Positions 19,926-28,570 of a stretch of 64,000 bases of DNA are shown here, in pieces; position 1 is the first letter of the stretch, and every line of letters begins with the position of its first letter. Origin of the DNA: Cyanophyceae cyanobacterium (GTDB lineage: Bacteria > Cyanobacteriota > Cyanobacteriia > Cyanobacteriales > JBHJGN01); the NCBI GenBank assembly GCA_050331735.1, contig JBHJGN010000016.1:46515-110514 (forward strand). Direction: 5' to 3'. The position numbers and the translations under genes are program-made. The notes beneath the pieces are model-generated. The model worked only from the letters and a program-made list of their open reading frames with translations, was not told the origin of the DNA and ran no database searches.

Positions 19926-19961
19926 CTGCTCTTTACCAATGAATGCAGTGGAGTAACTCCT

Positions 19962-20144
19962 TTAGCAAGTTGCATCGAGCCAGTCCCACAAAAGCTCTAG
20001 CTGATTTAAGGTGATTAGCCCATACTGCCAAAGTACGATCGAGAGCTGATGAGGGGTTTCTCCGCCCTGCCTTTGTGCTAGCGTCAGTGAATCTGCTGAA
20101 ATAGCTAATTCTTCACGGAGGAACTTCCAGAACTGAGGTGTCAT
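19962..20144 (-). CDS. small cyanobacterial DUF2949-like protein
   Basis: FLREELAIS...LSIVLWQYGLITLNQLELLWDWL pattern. Confidence 0.7.
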   Translation of the reverse strand: MTPQFWKFLREELAISADSLTLAQRQGGETPHQLSIVLWQYGLITLNQLELLWDWLDATC

Positions 20145-20647
20145 TGTCTTCTAAAATTGTAGGCCTTGCCATCTAGTTAGCTTCCAAGCCATTCAATTTG
20201 ATGATGCTGAAGAGGACAAGTACTCGGCTGCCACAGCATCATGAGGTGCGCTGAACTAGTTGAGCATGTTCATTAAAGCATTCAATCACGACTACCGAAA
20301 AGCCAAGTTAGCGAAGTTTTAGTAAAGATTAACCAGAGCAAGACAAAGTTTTTGCAAAGGAATCCGAGGCTAGTCTACTAGGCTCTTCATCCTACCAATC
20401 TAACAAGTAGCACTCCCGAACCTGTTGCGGACTGGCGGCACTGGCTTTTAGGGCAAAACTGTCAAGAATCACGCCACTACAAGCTACCGAGCACAGTTAG
20501 CGAAAAGATATCAAACCCGGTTTTGTTGAAGGCTGCACTATTGAGCCACTGTGCCGGAATACACATCCCCACTGGCTTTGTTGTTAGTATCTATTTAACT
20601 GTCCAGTAAATTGAAGTATTAACGCGACTGGAATAGCGAGCAAGTTT

Positions 20648-22048
20648 ATGACGATTCAAGTAATTGGTGGCGGACTGGCCGGAACCGAAGCCGCGTGGCA
20701 AATTGCTCAGGCAGGAGTGCCAGTGGTGCTCCACGAAATGCGCCCACTCAAAAAGAGTCCGGCGCATCACAGTGCCGAATTAGCTGAATTAGTGTGCAGT
20801 AACTCCTTTGGAGCCATGTCGAGCGATCGCGCTGCCGGACTCCTCCACGAAGAACTACGTCGCCTCGGCTCGATTGTTATTAGTACCGCCAACAAACACG
20901 CTGTTCCAGCCGGAGGCGCTTTAGCCGTCGATCGCGCCGTGTTTAGCCGCGAACTCACCGCCACTCTCGCTAACCATCCCCTTATTGAGCTCCGCCGCTC
21001 AGAGGTAACGCACATTCCCACTGAAGGAATTGTCGTTCTTACGACCGGTCCGCTCACCAGTCCCTCCCTGGCCGCCAATTTGCAGCGTTTAACGGGAATG
21101 GAATACTTGAGCTTTTTCGATGCCGCTAGCCCCATTATTGTCGGAGAATCGATCGCTCGAAATGTTGCTTTTCTTGCTTCGCGCTACGACAAAGGGGAAG
21201 CCGCCTACCTCAACTGCCCCATGAACCGCGAGCAGTACCTCCACTTCAGGCAAGAACTCTGCGCCGCACAGCAGGCAGAACTAAAAGATTTTGAACGAGA
21301 CTCCGCCCAGTTTTTTGAAGGCTGTTTGCCCATTGAAGAACTAGCGCAGCGAGGAGAAGATACCATGCGCTACGGTCCCCTGAAGCCCGTAGGACTGTTT
21401 GATGCTCGCCTCGGAGATTTCCGCGACCCGGAAAACCGCTCCAACCGACCTTATGCCGTAGTGCAGCTTCGCCAGGAAGACAAGGCTGGACAGCTCTGGA
21501 ATCTGGTCGGGTTTCAAACCAACCTGCGCTGGGGCGAACAGAAGCGCGTCTTTCGGCTCATTCCTGGACTCGAAGCAGCGGAATTTGTGCGCATGGGTGT
21601 TATGCACCGCAACACCTTTATTAATTCTCCTCAGCTTTTGCACCCATCGCTCCAGCTTAAGCAGAGAGCAACCCTGTTTGCCGCTGGCCAACTGGTGGGC
21701 ACCGAAGGATACACTGCCGCCGCCGCTGGCGGATGGCTAGCGGGGACAAACGCTGCACGACAAGCGCGAGGATTAGAGCCGCTCGTGCTGCCGGGAACAA
21801 CCATGATGGGGGCGCTGTTTGAGTTTATTAGTACAGCTTCTCCAAAGCACTTTCAGCCGATGCCGCCCAACTTCGGCATTCTCCCCTCGCTACCACAGCG
21901 GATTCGCAACAAACGAGAGCGTTACGGAGTCTACCGTGATCGCGCTCTAGCCGATTTGGCCATCTGGCAGTCTCGGTTTGCAGCTCCCGTGACTCCGGCA
22001 GCTAGAAGCGAGGGAGAAAGCCTATCCCCTATAGGATTAGGAGGATAA
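20648..22048 (+). CDS. trmFO: methylenetetrahydrofolate-tRNA-(uracil-5)-methyltransferase TrmFO
   Basis: [45 protein letters not shown]. Confidence 0.96.
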   Translation: MTIQVIGGGLAGTEAAWQIAQAGVPVVLHEMRPLKKSPAHHSAELAELVCSNSFGAMSSDRAAGLLHEELRRLGSIVISTANKHAVPAGGALAVDRAVFSRELTATLANHPLIELRRSEVTHIPTEGIVVLTTGPLTSPSLAANLQRLTGMEYLSFFDAASPIIVGESIARNVAFLASRYDKGEAAYLNCPMNREQYLHFRQELCAAQQAELKDFERDSAQFFEGCLPIEELAQRGEDTMRYGPLKPVGLFDARLGDFRDPENRSNRPYAVVQLRQEDKAGQLWNLVGFQTNLRWGEQKRVFRLIPGLEAAEFVRMGVMHRNTFINSPQLLHPSLQLKQRATLFAAGQLVGTEGYTAAAAGGWLAGTNAARQARGLEPLVLPGTTMMGALFEFISTASPKHFQPMPPNFGILPSLPQRIRNKRERYGVYRDRALADLAIWQSRFAAPVTPAARSEGESLSPIGLGG

Positions 22049-22105
22049 GTCGCCCCGTTGCTTTGTTACTAGTCATTGGTCGATTGTCCGAATGACTAAT
22101 AACGC

Positions 22106-22252
22106 AAAAGCCCGATGCCGTGTTTGCTCGGGATGAGCTGACTAGTATTCCTGGGGAAATAGCTCTCTCTGGCGACGTGAAGTAAACGATGGCGGAACTG
22201 CCTTGACTGTTTAAAGCGAGCGAATACCTATCGGCAAAGCTTTTGACCGAAG
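22106..22252 (-). ncRNA. candidate small RNA (about 147 nt)
   Basis: Minus-strand TAATAT -10 box (22258-22263), 5' hairpin tcggtcaaa-agc-tttgccga, terminal hairpin cccgagc...gcatcggg then ctttt; no ATG-started ORF inside. Confidence 0.4.
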
Positions 22253-22622
22253 ACGCAATATTACTTTACAAAACTTGTTATAAACTTAATTAGCGAGATA
22301 AATCTAAAGAAACTCTTACGAAAGACCGATGCAGAGAAAAAAGCTGCCATTATATTCTGTAGTTACATAAACAACGGGGTCAGCCAAAATAAAGACCCTG
22401 ACTATATTAAAACTTTTAAGATAAGGGCGCTAGCTTTGCTAAAACCAGCGAGTTAGCGCTTTTAGCATTTGAATGAGTGAGGGTGACGTTTGCTGTCATA
22501 CAGGCAGAAAAGCTAATCGATGTTGTCGCGAGGATTTTTAGCGGCCAAAGATGCTCCTTCTAGCAGAAAATAGGAGACAGTTTCATTGAGACTCCTTTCT
22601 GCTGTTTTAAATTGACTAATTA

Positions 22623-23606
22623 ATGCCTATTCAAACTTTGGAGTTACCGAGCGATCGCTACATTTGGGATTGCTGGTTCGCTCAGCACAACTCGGAATAT
22701 CATCTTTTTTACCTCCACGCTCCCAAAACCATCGCCAACCCCGAACTGCGCCACTGGAACGTCGCCATCGGTCATGCTTGTTCTACAGACCTGCAAAAGT
22801 GGGAACTGCTGCCGGATGCCCTACACCCCGGTCCTGAGTTTGAAAAGTATACCTGGACGGGAAGCACCCTGTATCACCGTAACCAGTGGTATTTATTCTT
22901 CTCCTACTCCCGCAGTCAAGAGCGCGGTTTAATTCAGCGCGTTGGGGTAGCAACATCGACGGATGCCGTTACCTGGCACGAGCATCCAGAACCCATTATC
23001 GAGGCAGATCCGCGCTACTACGAACAGCTCGACCTCGACCTCTGGCACGACCAGTCGTGGCGCGACCCGTGGGTGTTTCAGCATCCCTCGGGAGACTTCT
23101 ACGCCCTGATTACGGCCCGGGCGAATCACGGTCATCCCCAGACGCGAGGCGTGATTGCTCTAGCACGGGCGCTGACACCCGAGCTGTTGACGTGGGAGGT
23201 ACTGCCTCCCATAGCGCAGCCGCAGCAGTATGGAGCGATGGAGTGTCCGCAACTGGTGTTCATTGATGGACGCTACTATCTCATCTTTTCCAGTCTTCCC
23301 TTTCATACTTCAGGAGAAATGGGAACTTACTACATGGTCGGAGACGCTCCTCTTGGACCCTTCTCAGAGCCTAGAAAACTGTGTGTCGATCCGATTGGTC
23401 GTTTCTATGCTGGTAAGCTCTTGCAGAGTACTGACGGAGAATGGTACTTTGTCGCCTGGCGCAATTTGGCTAGAGACTGCACCTTCTTAGGCGATTTGAT
23501 TGCTCCCGTCCCGGTACGGATTGATCGAGCCGGGTATTTATCATTGCCAGAACTCCAAAACAGGCTGAGCGAACTGCAATCATTCTCTTGCCCAGTGACA
23601 ACATAA
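22623..23606 (+). CDS. glycoside hydrolase, clan J (GH32/GH68-like beta-fructofuranosidase)
   Basis: WDCW nucleophile motif, WTGS, WRDP and MECP motifs of the five-bladed propeller. Confidence 0.8.
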   Translation: MPIQTLELPSDRYIWDCWFAQHNSEYHLFYLHAPKTIANPELRHWNVAIGHACSTDLQKWELLPDALHPGPEFEKYTWTGSTLYHRNQWYLFFSYSRSQERGLIQRVGVATSTDAVTWHEHPEPIIEADPRYYEQLDLDLWHDQSWRDPWVFQHPSGDFYALITARANHGHPQTRGVIALARALTPELLTWEVLPPIAQPQQYGAMECPQLVFIDGRYYLIFSSLPFHTSGEMGTYYMVGDAPLGPFSEPRKLCVDPIGRFYAGKLLQSTDGEWYFVAWRNLARDCTFLGDLIAPVPVRIDRAGYLSLPELQNRLSELQSFSCPVTT

Positions 23607-23725
23607 CACGACTTCTTGTGCTGAAGTGTTACACAAATTTAGAGCCTGGGTAAAGGGAAAGGGGGATGGCGCCTCTTCTGTAGTCAGAGGACAATTAACA
23701 ATTAACAAGAAACAAATTTTGGCCT

Positions 23726-25609
23726 CTATTTATTGAGCAGTTGCGCCACCACATCGATCAGCTTGTCAATCTCAACAGGTTTAGACAGATGCCGGTCGAA
23801 TCCGGCTGCGAGCGATCGCTTCTCGTCGGTTTCGGAAGCAAAGGCCGTCAGCGAAAGTGCTGGCAGCTCTTTGGCAGAGGCCAAAGCCCGGACTTTTTTG
23901 ATGAGTTCGTAGCCATCCATGCCTACCATAGCAACATCGCTAATCAACAGCTCTGGCTGAAACGGCTTAAGGGTCTCTAAAGCTTCTGCGCCCGATGTCA
24001 CCCCCTTGACGATCGCTCCCTCCTGCCCTAGAGCAAAAACGAGCAGCTCGCAGGCATCTGGCTCATCATCGACAACCAAGATTCTCCTGCCCCGAAAATT
24101 GGTCGTCTTCTCTGACGCGGTCTGTTGATTCTGAGGCGGTTTGGCAGCGGCAATTGGCAGCATCACGGTAAAGGTGGCTCCCTGTCCTAGCCCCGGACTG
24201 TTTGCACTAACCCTTCCTCCATGCAGCTCCACCAAATGGCGCACAATTGCCAGTCCCAGTCCCAGTCCACCAGAATCTCTCGTTGAGCTGCTGTCTGCTT
24301 GACGGAAATAGTCAAAGACATGGGGTAAAAACTCAGGAGCAATGCCTTTTCCGGTATCGCTAACCTGAATTCGGACCTGGGAACCAACCGTTGAGAGGCT
24401 AATGTCTACCTGACCACCATCGGGGGTAAACTTAACGGCATTGGAGAGTAAATTCCAGATCACCTGCTGGAGCCGCATCGGATCGCCATTCACTAAACCG
24501 ACATTGGCATCGATATTGGTATTGAGATGAATCGATTTGGCTTTCGCCGCTAAATAGGTTGTTTCTAACGCCCCCGCAATGACGGTTGGTAAATCGACGA
24601 TTTCCTCGGCCAGAGTCAGCTTACCTCGCACAATGCGAGAAATATCTAGCAAATCTTCGATGAGCTGCACCTGGAGGGTCGCGTTGCGCTCGATGGTTTC
24701 TAGCGCCGTCTCTGCTTGCGCCCGATCGAACTCACGTCGCCGCAGCAGTTGCGTCCAGCCCAGGATGAGGTTGAGCGGGGTGCGAAGTTCGTGGGAGAGG
24801 ATGGCGAGAAACTCGTCTTTAGCGCGGTTGGCGGTTTGAGCCTGTTCGAGAAGCTGACTCCGTTCGTGTTCAGCCCGCTTGAGGTCGGTAATGTCCCTCA
24901 GCGAAACCAGATAGGCAGGATTTCCTTGCCACTGAATGTTGGCAACGCGCATTTGCGCGACGCGGTATTCTCCGGTTCTCGAGAGCAAATCGACTTCTAA
25001 AAAGTCGCTGCCAACGACCGGAAACCCAAACGGCTGTCCGAGGAGTTCGTCGGCGTGGCGAGACAGTAGCTCCAGGGCTGCTGCATTGATAAACTGGACC
25101 TGGCGCTGAGCATCGACGACGATGATCCCGTCAGCATTTTCTGTAATAATGGTTTGGAGCTGGGCTTCACTGCTGCCAGTTGCGGGTCGAGCTAGCTGCT
25201 GGGTTTGGGCTGCCAAAGCTTTGTGAACGGCTAGCGGAAGCGACTGCTCAGCAATTAAATAATCAGTCGCTCCGGCCTGCATGTATTCAACCGCCGCCGG
25301 AACGCTGGGACTGCCGTTAACAATAATGAAAGGAATGTCGATACCCTGCGCTTGCTTGAGCAGCAGCGCGGCTTTGACCGTTAACTGAGCCAGGGCAAAG
25401 TCGGCAATAATCAGATCAAAACCTTCACCAAGATGCACCCTGTAGTCGGCTTCCGTCGCTACGCAGCGCCAGCGAACCGTGTACCTCGCTTCCTCGAGCG
25501 TTGAGGCGATCGCCTCTGCCTGCTGACGGCAGTTATGCAAAATCAATACCTGAAGCTGAGGCTCAATTGGAGAGGCGGAGACAGCAGTAAGCCGAGGATT
25601 CTGAGTCAT
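23726..25609 (-). CDS. hybrid histidine kinase (degenerate REC-PAS-HisKA-HATPase-REC)
   Basis: H-box FLAILSHELRTPL, N-box NLLSNAVKFT, G1 DTGKGI, G2 GLGLGL, C-terminal REC LVVDDE/LLISD/SKP. Confidence 0.92.
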   Translation of the reverse strand: MTQNPRLTAVSASPIEPQLQVLILHNCRQQAEAIASTLEEARYTVRWRCVATEADYRVHLGEGFDLIIADFALAQLTVKAALLLKQAQGIDIPFIIVNGSPSVPAAVEYMQAGATDYLIAEQSLPLAVHKALAAQTQQLARPATGSSEAQLQTIITENADGIIVVDAQRQVQFINAAALELLSRHADELLGQPFGFPVVGSDFLEVDLLSRTGEYRVAQMRVANIQWQGNPAYLVSLRDITDLKRAEHERSQLLEQAQTANRAKDEFLAILSHELRTPLNLILGWTQLLRRREFDRAQAETALETIERNATLQVQLIEDLLDISRIVRGKLTLAEEIVDLPTVIAGALETTYLAAKAKSIHLNTNIDANVGLVNGDPMRLQQVIWNLLSNAVKFTPDGGQVDISLSTVGSQVRIQVSDTGKGIAPEFLPHVFDYFRQADSSSTRDSGGLGLGLAIVRHLVELHGGRVSANSPGLGQGATFTVMLPIAAAKPPQNQQTASEKTTNFRGRRILVVDDEPDACELLVFALGQEGAIVKGVTSGAEALETLKPFQPELLISDVAMVGMDGYELIKKVRALASAKELPALSLTAFASETDEKRSLAAGFDRHLSKPVEIDKLIDVVAQLLNK

Positions 25610-25617
25610 GTCTTCAA

Positions 25618-27141
25618 CTATTCATTCTCTTCTAATAAGCTGCTTAAACGATCGATCTCGTTTTGACTGGTCGACGTCGGGTTTCCCGACAGAATACCGG
25701 AGACATTGCGGAACGGCTGCCCTAAGTGCATCCCTTGGTCGTCTATTGTATACTCGCGGATGCCTTTGTCATGAGCGGAACCGCGCATTTTTAAAACGGT
25801 GAGCCCCCGACGGATTTCTCCGTAAATTTCGATATACCGCAGCAGAATAATCAAGTCAGTGCTGGTCGAAATCTTATTTTGAGTAATCGACGCTCCCCCG
25901 GTTAAAGTAGCCGTGTTGCAGGTCAAAAACCCAGTAATGCCTCGCTCTTTGAGCAGCGCACTGAGGGTCAACAGAAATTCTCGAAATCCCTGGATAGTCG
26001 AAGCATTTTCTAACGCCGAAATACTGTCAAGCGCCACTCGCTGCGGCTTAAATTCCTCAATCTCTTCTCTCATCCGCACAAAATGCGATTCTAAGCCCAT
26101 CTCTTCTGGACTTCGACAAATGACTTTGAGGAGTCCTTCTTGCTCCATCTGCTCAAAGTTGACTCCCCAGTTGGCCGCATTTCTAATCAACTGCTGGCGG
26201 TTCTCTTCAAACGCCAGCAGCAAACTCCGCTCGTTGCTGGTGATGCCCCCAACTAAAAACTCCGTGGCCATCAAGGTTTTTCCAGTTCCGGTGGCTCCTG
26301 ATACCAGGACGACCGTTTCGCGGAAAAAGCCACCGCCGCATAGTTGGTCGAGTTCAGCATTACCGGACGTGATCCGATTCACTGAGGAAGTTTGGATCAA
26401 TCCCTTCGCTGAAAACGGAATGACGACGATGCCTCGGTCGGGAAGAATGGTAAACGGAAATTCGCCTCCTTGGTGTTCTGTGCCTCGGTACTTGAGGATT
26501 TCTACCGTGCGACGGCGCCTCTCCTGAGCCAGTACGTGCCGCAGAATAATCACGTTGTCGGCGACAAACTCTTCCACACCATAGCTGCTGATTTGACCGT
26601 ACTCGTCCGTACGTTCTGCTGTCAGCACGGCGGTAATGTCAAGCTCCCGCAGCGCCGCCGAAATTCTGAAGAGATCGCGGCGGACGCGACCCCGATCCGG
26701 AACGTAGCTGAGAATAGAGCTGATGGAGTCTAGAGAGATACGCTGAGCATCAACTTGGTTAATGGCGTATTGAATCCGAGCCAGTAAAGCACCCAAATCA
26801 TAATCGCCGCTGATCAGCAGGTCGCTAAAGTCTTCAGCCGTGGCATCCACAATGGCCCACTTGCCTTCCTCTTCCCACTGTTCGATATTCCAGCCGAAGC
26901 CGCGGACGTTTTTGCGAACCATCGCTGGCGGTTCTTCAAACGTAACAAATACCCCGTTTTGACCCCGCTTAATGCCCTCTACTAAAAACTGACAGGCGAA
27001 AATCGTTTTCCCTGTCCCCGCCGTTCCGGTCACTAGACTGGTACGACCTTTTGGTAATCCTCCAAGAGAAATTAAATCGAAACCAGGAATTCCCGTTTGG
27101 ACCTTTTTCAGCAGCTCTAATTCGTTGGGTGTGCTCATCAA
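25618..27141 (-). CDS. kaiC: KaiC-family double-domain ATPase/kinase (KaiC3-like paralog)
   Basis: Two Walker A motifs (GTAGTGKT, GATGTGKT), FEE in both domains, VEEFVADNV, ILKYRG, ISTSTD phosphosite loop, VLKMRGSAHDKGIREY. Confidence 0.93.
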   Translation of the reverse strand: MMSTPNELELLKKVQTGIPGFDLISLGGLPKGRTSLVTGTAGTGKTIFACQFLVEGIKRGQNGVFVTFEEPPAMVRKNVRGFGWNIEQWEEEGKWAIVDATAEDFSDLLISGDYDLGALLARIQYAINQVDAQRISLDSISSILSYVPDRGRVRRDLFRISAALRELDITAVLTAERTDEYGQISSYGVEEFVADNVIILRHVLAQERRRRTVEILKYRGTEHQGGEFPFTILPDRGIVVIPFSAKGLIQTSSVNRITSGNAELDQLCGGGFFRETVVLVSGATGTGKTLMATEFLVGGITSNERSLLLAFEENRQQLIRNAANWGVNFEQMEQEGLLKVICRSPEEMGLESHFVRMREEIEEFKPQRVALDSISALENASTIQGFREFLLTLSALLKERGITGFLTCNTATLTGGASITQNKISTSTDLIILLRYIEIYGEIRRGLTVLKMRGSAHDKGIREYTIDDQGMHLGQPFRNVSGILSGNPTSTSQNEIDRLSSLLEENE

Positions 27142-27172
27142 GATTAATTGCTTGGTATTTCTGCCCGTAGCC

Positions 27173-27469
27173 CTAGCTACCCTGGGCTTGCGACTTCGAG
27201 GGAATATTTAAGGCAAATAGGATAACTTCTGTATCCGACAAATCGCCAATAATGCGTTCGCAAGGGAGGGGCTGCTCTTTAACGAGAGTCGGTGTAATCA
27301 AGATTTTTTCCTCCTCCGCTACTTTAGGAGTTTTCAGGACATCGATAATGGTAATAGTGTGCTGTCCCGGTAGCTCTTGCTCGCAGAAACGATTCAGGTT
27401 AGCGATCGCCCGTTGCGATCGCAGCGTGTTTCCTGTAACGTACAGCTTAAGGAGATATTGTTCGGACAT
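27173..27469 (-). CDS. kaiB: KaiB-family protein (KaiB3-like)
   Basis: YLLKLYVTGNTLRSQRAI, IDVL, KILITPTLVK, RIIGDLSD. Confidence 0.93.
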   Translation of the reverse strand: MSEQYLLKLYVTGNTLRSQRAIANLNRFCEQELPGQHTITIIDVLKTPKVAEEEKILITPTLVKEQPLPCERIIGDLSDTEVILFALNIPSKSQAQGS

Positions 27470-27515
27470 TAAAAATTTACGGCGCAGAGTCCTGCGTCAT
27501 GGTTCCCAATCAGGA

Positions 27516-28388
27516 TCAAGACAAGTCATTATAGCTTTTCGCCAGATTAATTTTACTCAAACCAACGTAGTATCTTCGATAATAAGCTGTCAACTTGCCC
27601 ATCAGCTCCAACAGCAAAAACCGCCCTTCTTCCGTGTAGGCTTGAGCTTTTTGGGGCTTAGCCGTCTGCGCCTTTTGTTTTAAAACCTGCGTATGCAGCT
27701 CAATAATATCTCGGGGCGTTGCCTTGAGGTATCCCAACTGTTCGGCAAGAGCATCGAGCTGAGGAGAAATTTGGTACTCGACCTTATAAATTTGCCGCTC
27801 CAGCGCCCGCTCTAGCAGTTCCTCATACCGCTGCCGTAATTCTTCAAACACGTCTGGCATTCGGCTATACAGTGGCTCTAACCCGAGCAGTTTACTATCT
27901 AAGCTTGCCGAGCCGGTCATAATCTGCTCGAGCAGCTCTAATTCCTGCTCCTGCCGCTGCCGCTGGGGTTGCTCGCGCGCGGCGAGTTGCCGACTTCGTT
28001 CGATTGCGGTGCGAATTGCATATACTAGTAAGTTAGCATCTAGCTTAGCTTTCGGCAGGTAGCCACAGGCTCCTAAATCAAGAGCTTTCACCGCTACCGT
28101 TTCATCTTCGAGGACCGATTGCACAATAATTGGCATTCCTGCCGCTACCTGCTGCACTTCTACTAATGTCCCCATTCCCCGGCTATCTGGCAGCATAAGA
28201 TCGAGGAGAACCACATCAAAGTTTCGCTGTTGCAGTTGTGCTCGCCCTGCTTCTAAAGTGTCAGCTATATCTAAACTAAACCCCTCTTTAAAAAGAGTCG
28301 AGCGAGTGTTGCTCAGAAACTGTTGAATTCTTTGGCTTTCTTCAACATCGTCTTCAATCAGGAGAACCTGGCAGCGATGATTTAACAT
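27516..28388 (-). CDS. receiver domain fused to a KaiA-like C-terminal helical domain (KaiA3-type)
   Basis: Canonical REC (LLIEDD, LLDLMLPD, GYLPK); C-terminal 'PRDIIELH...EGRFLLLELMGKLTAYYRRY' resembles the KaiA C-domain 'IVELH...DYRLTLIDVIAHLCEMYRRS'; directly upstream of kaiB-kaiC. Confidence 0.8.
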   Translation of the reverse strand: MLNHRCQVLLIEDDVEESQRIQQFLSNTRSTLFKEGFSLDIADTLEAGRAQLQQRNFDVVLLDLMLPDSRGMGTLVEVQQVAAGMPIIVQSVLEDETVAVKALDLGACGYLPKAKLDANLLVYAIRTAIERSRQLAAREQPQRQRQEQELELLEQIMTGSASLDSKLLGLEPLYSRMPDVFEELRQRYEELLERALERQIYKVEYQISPQLDALAEQLGYLKATPRDIIELHTQVLKQKAQTAKPQKAQAYTEEGRFLLLELMGKLTAYYRRYYVGLSKINLAKSYNDLS

Positions 28389-28570
28389 TGATCCCTAAGT
28401 ACGTTCTTGCAGTTGTGAATAGTGCAGATCAGCATTAAGGACGTATAAGCAAATTTAGGTAAGCGTCGGGAGTTAAGCTGAGCTGCTGCCTCCTCTTAGA
28501 ATTCTTAAAGATATTTTAAGCTCTGTCAAGAATCGCTAGGAATAAATCAAGAATTAACAAATTACTTTAT

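Noticed and set aside
25913..26527. 204-aa ORF antisense to kaiC, and similar antisense ORFs in carB, metK and the nuclease gene
   Set aside because: Shadow frames of well-supported genes with no motifs of their own
25618..28388. Canonical kaiA1B1C1 clock operon
   Set aside because: The KaiA-like gene has a true receiver, and KaiB/KaiC are too diverged from the highly conserved KaiB1/KaiC1
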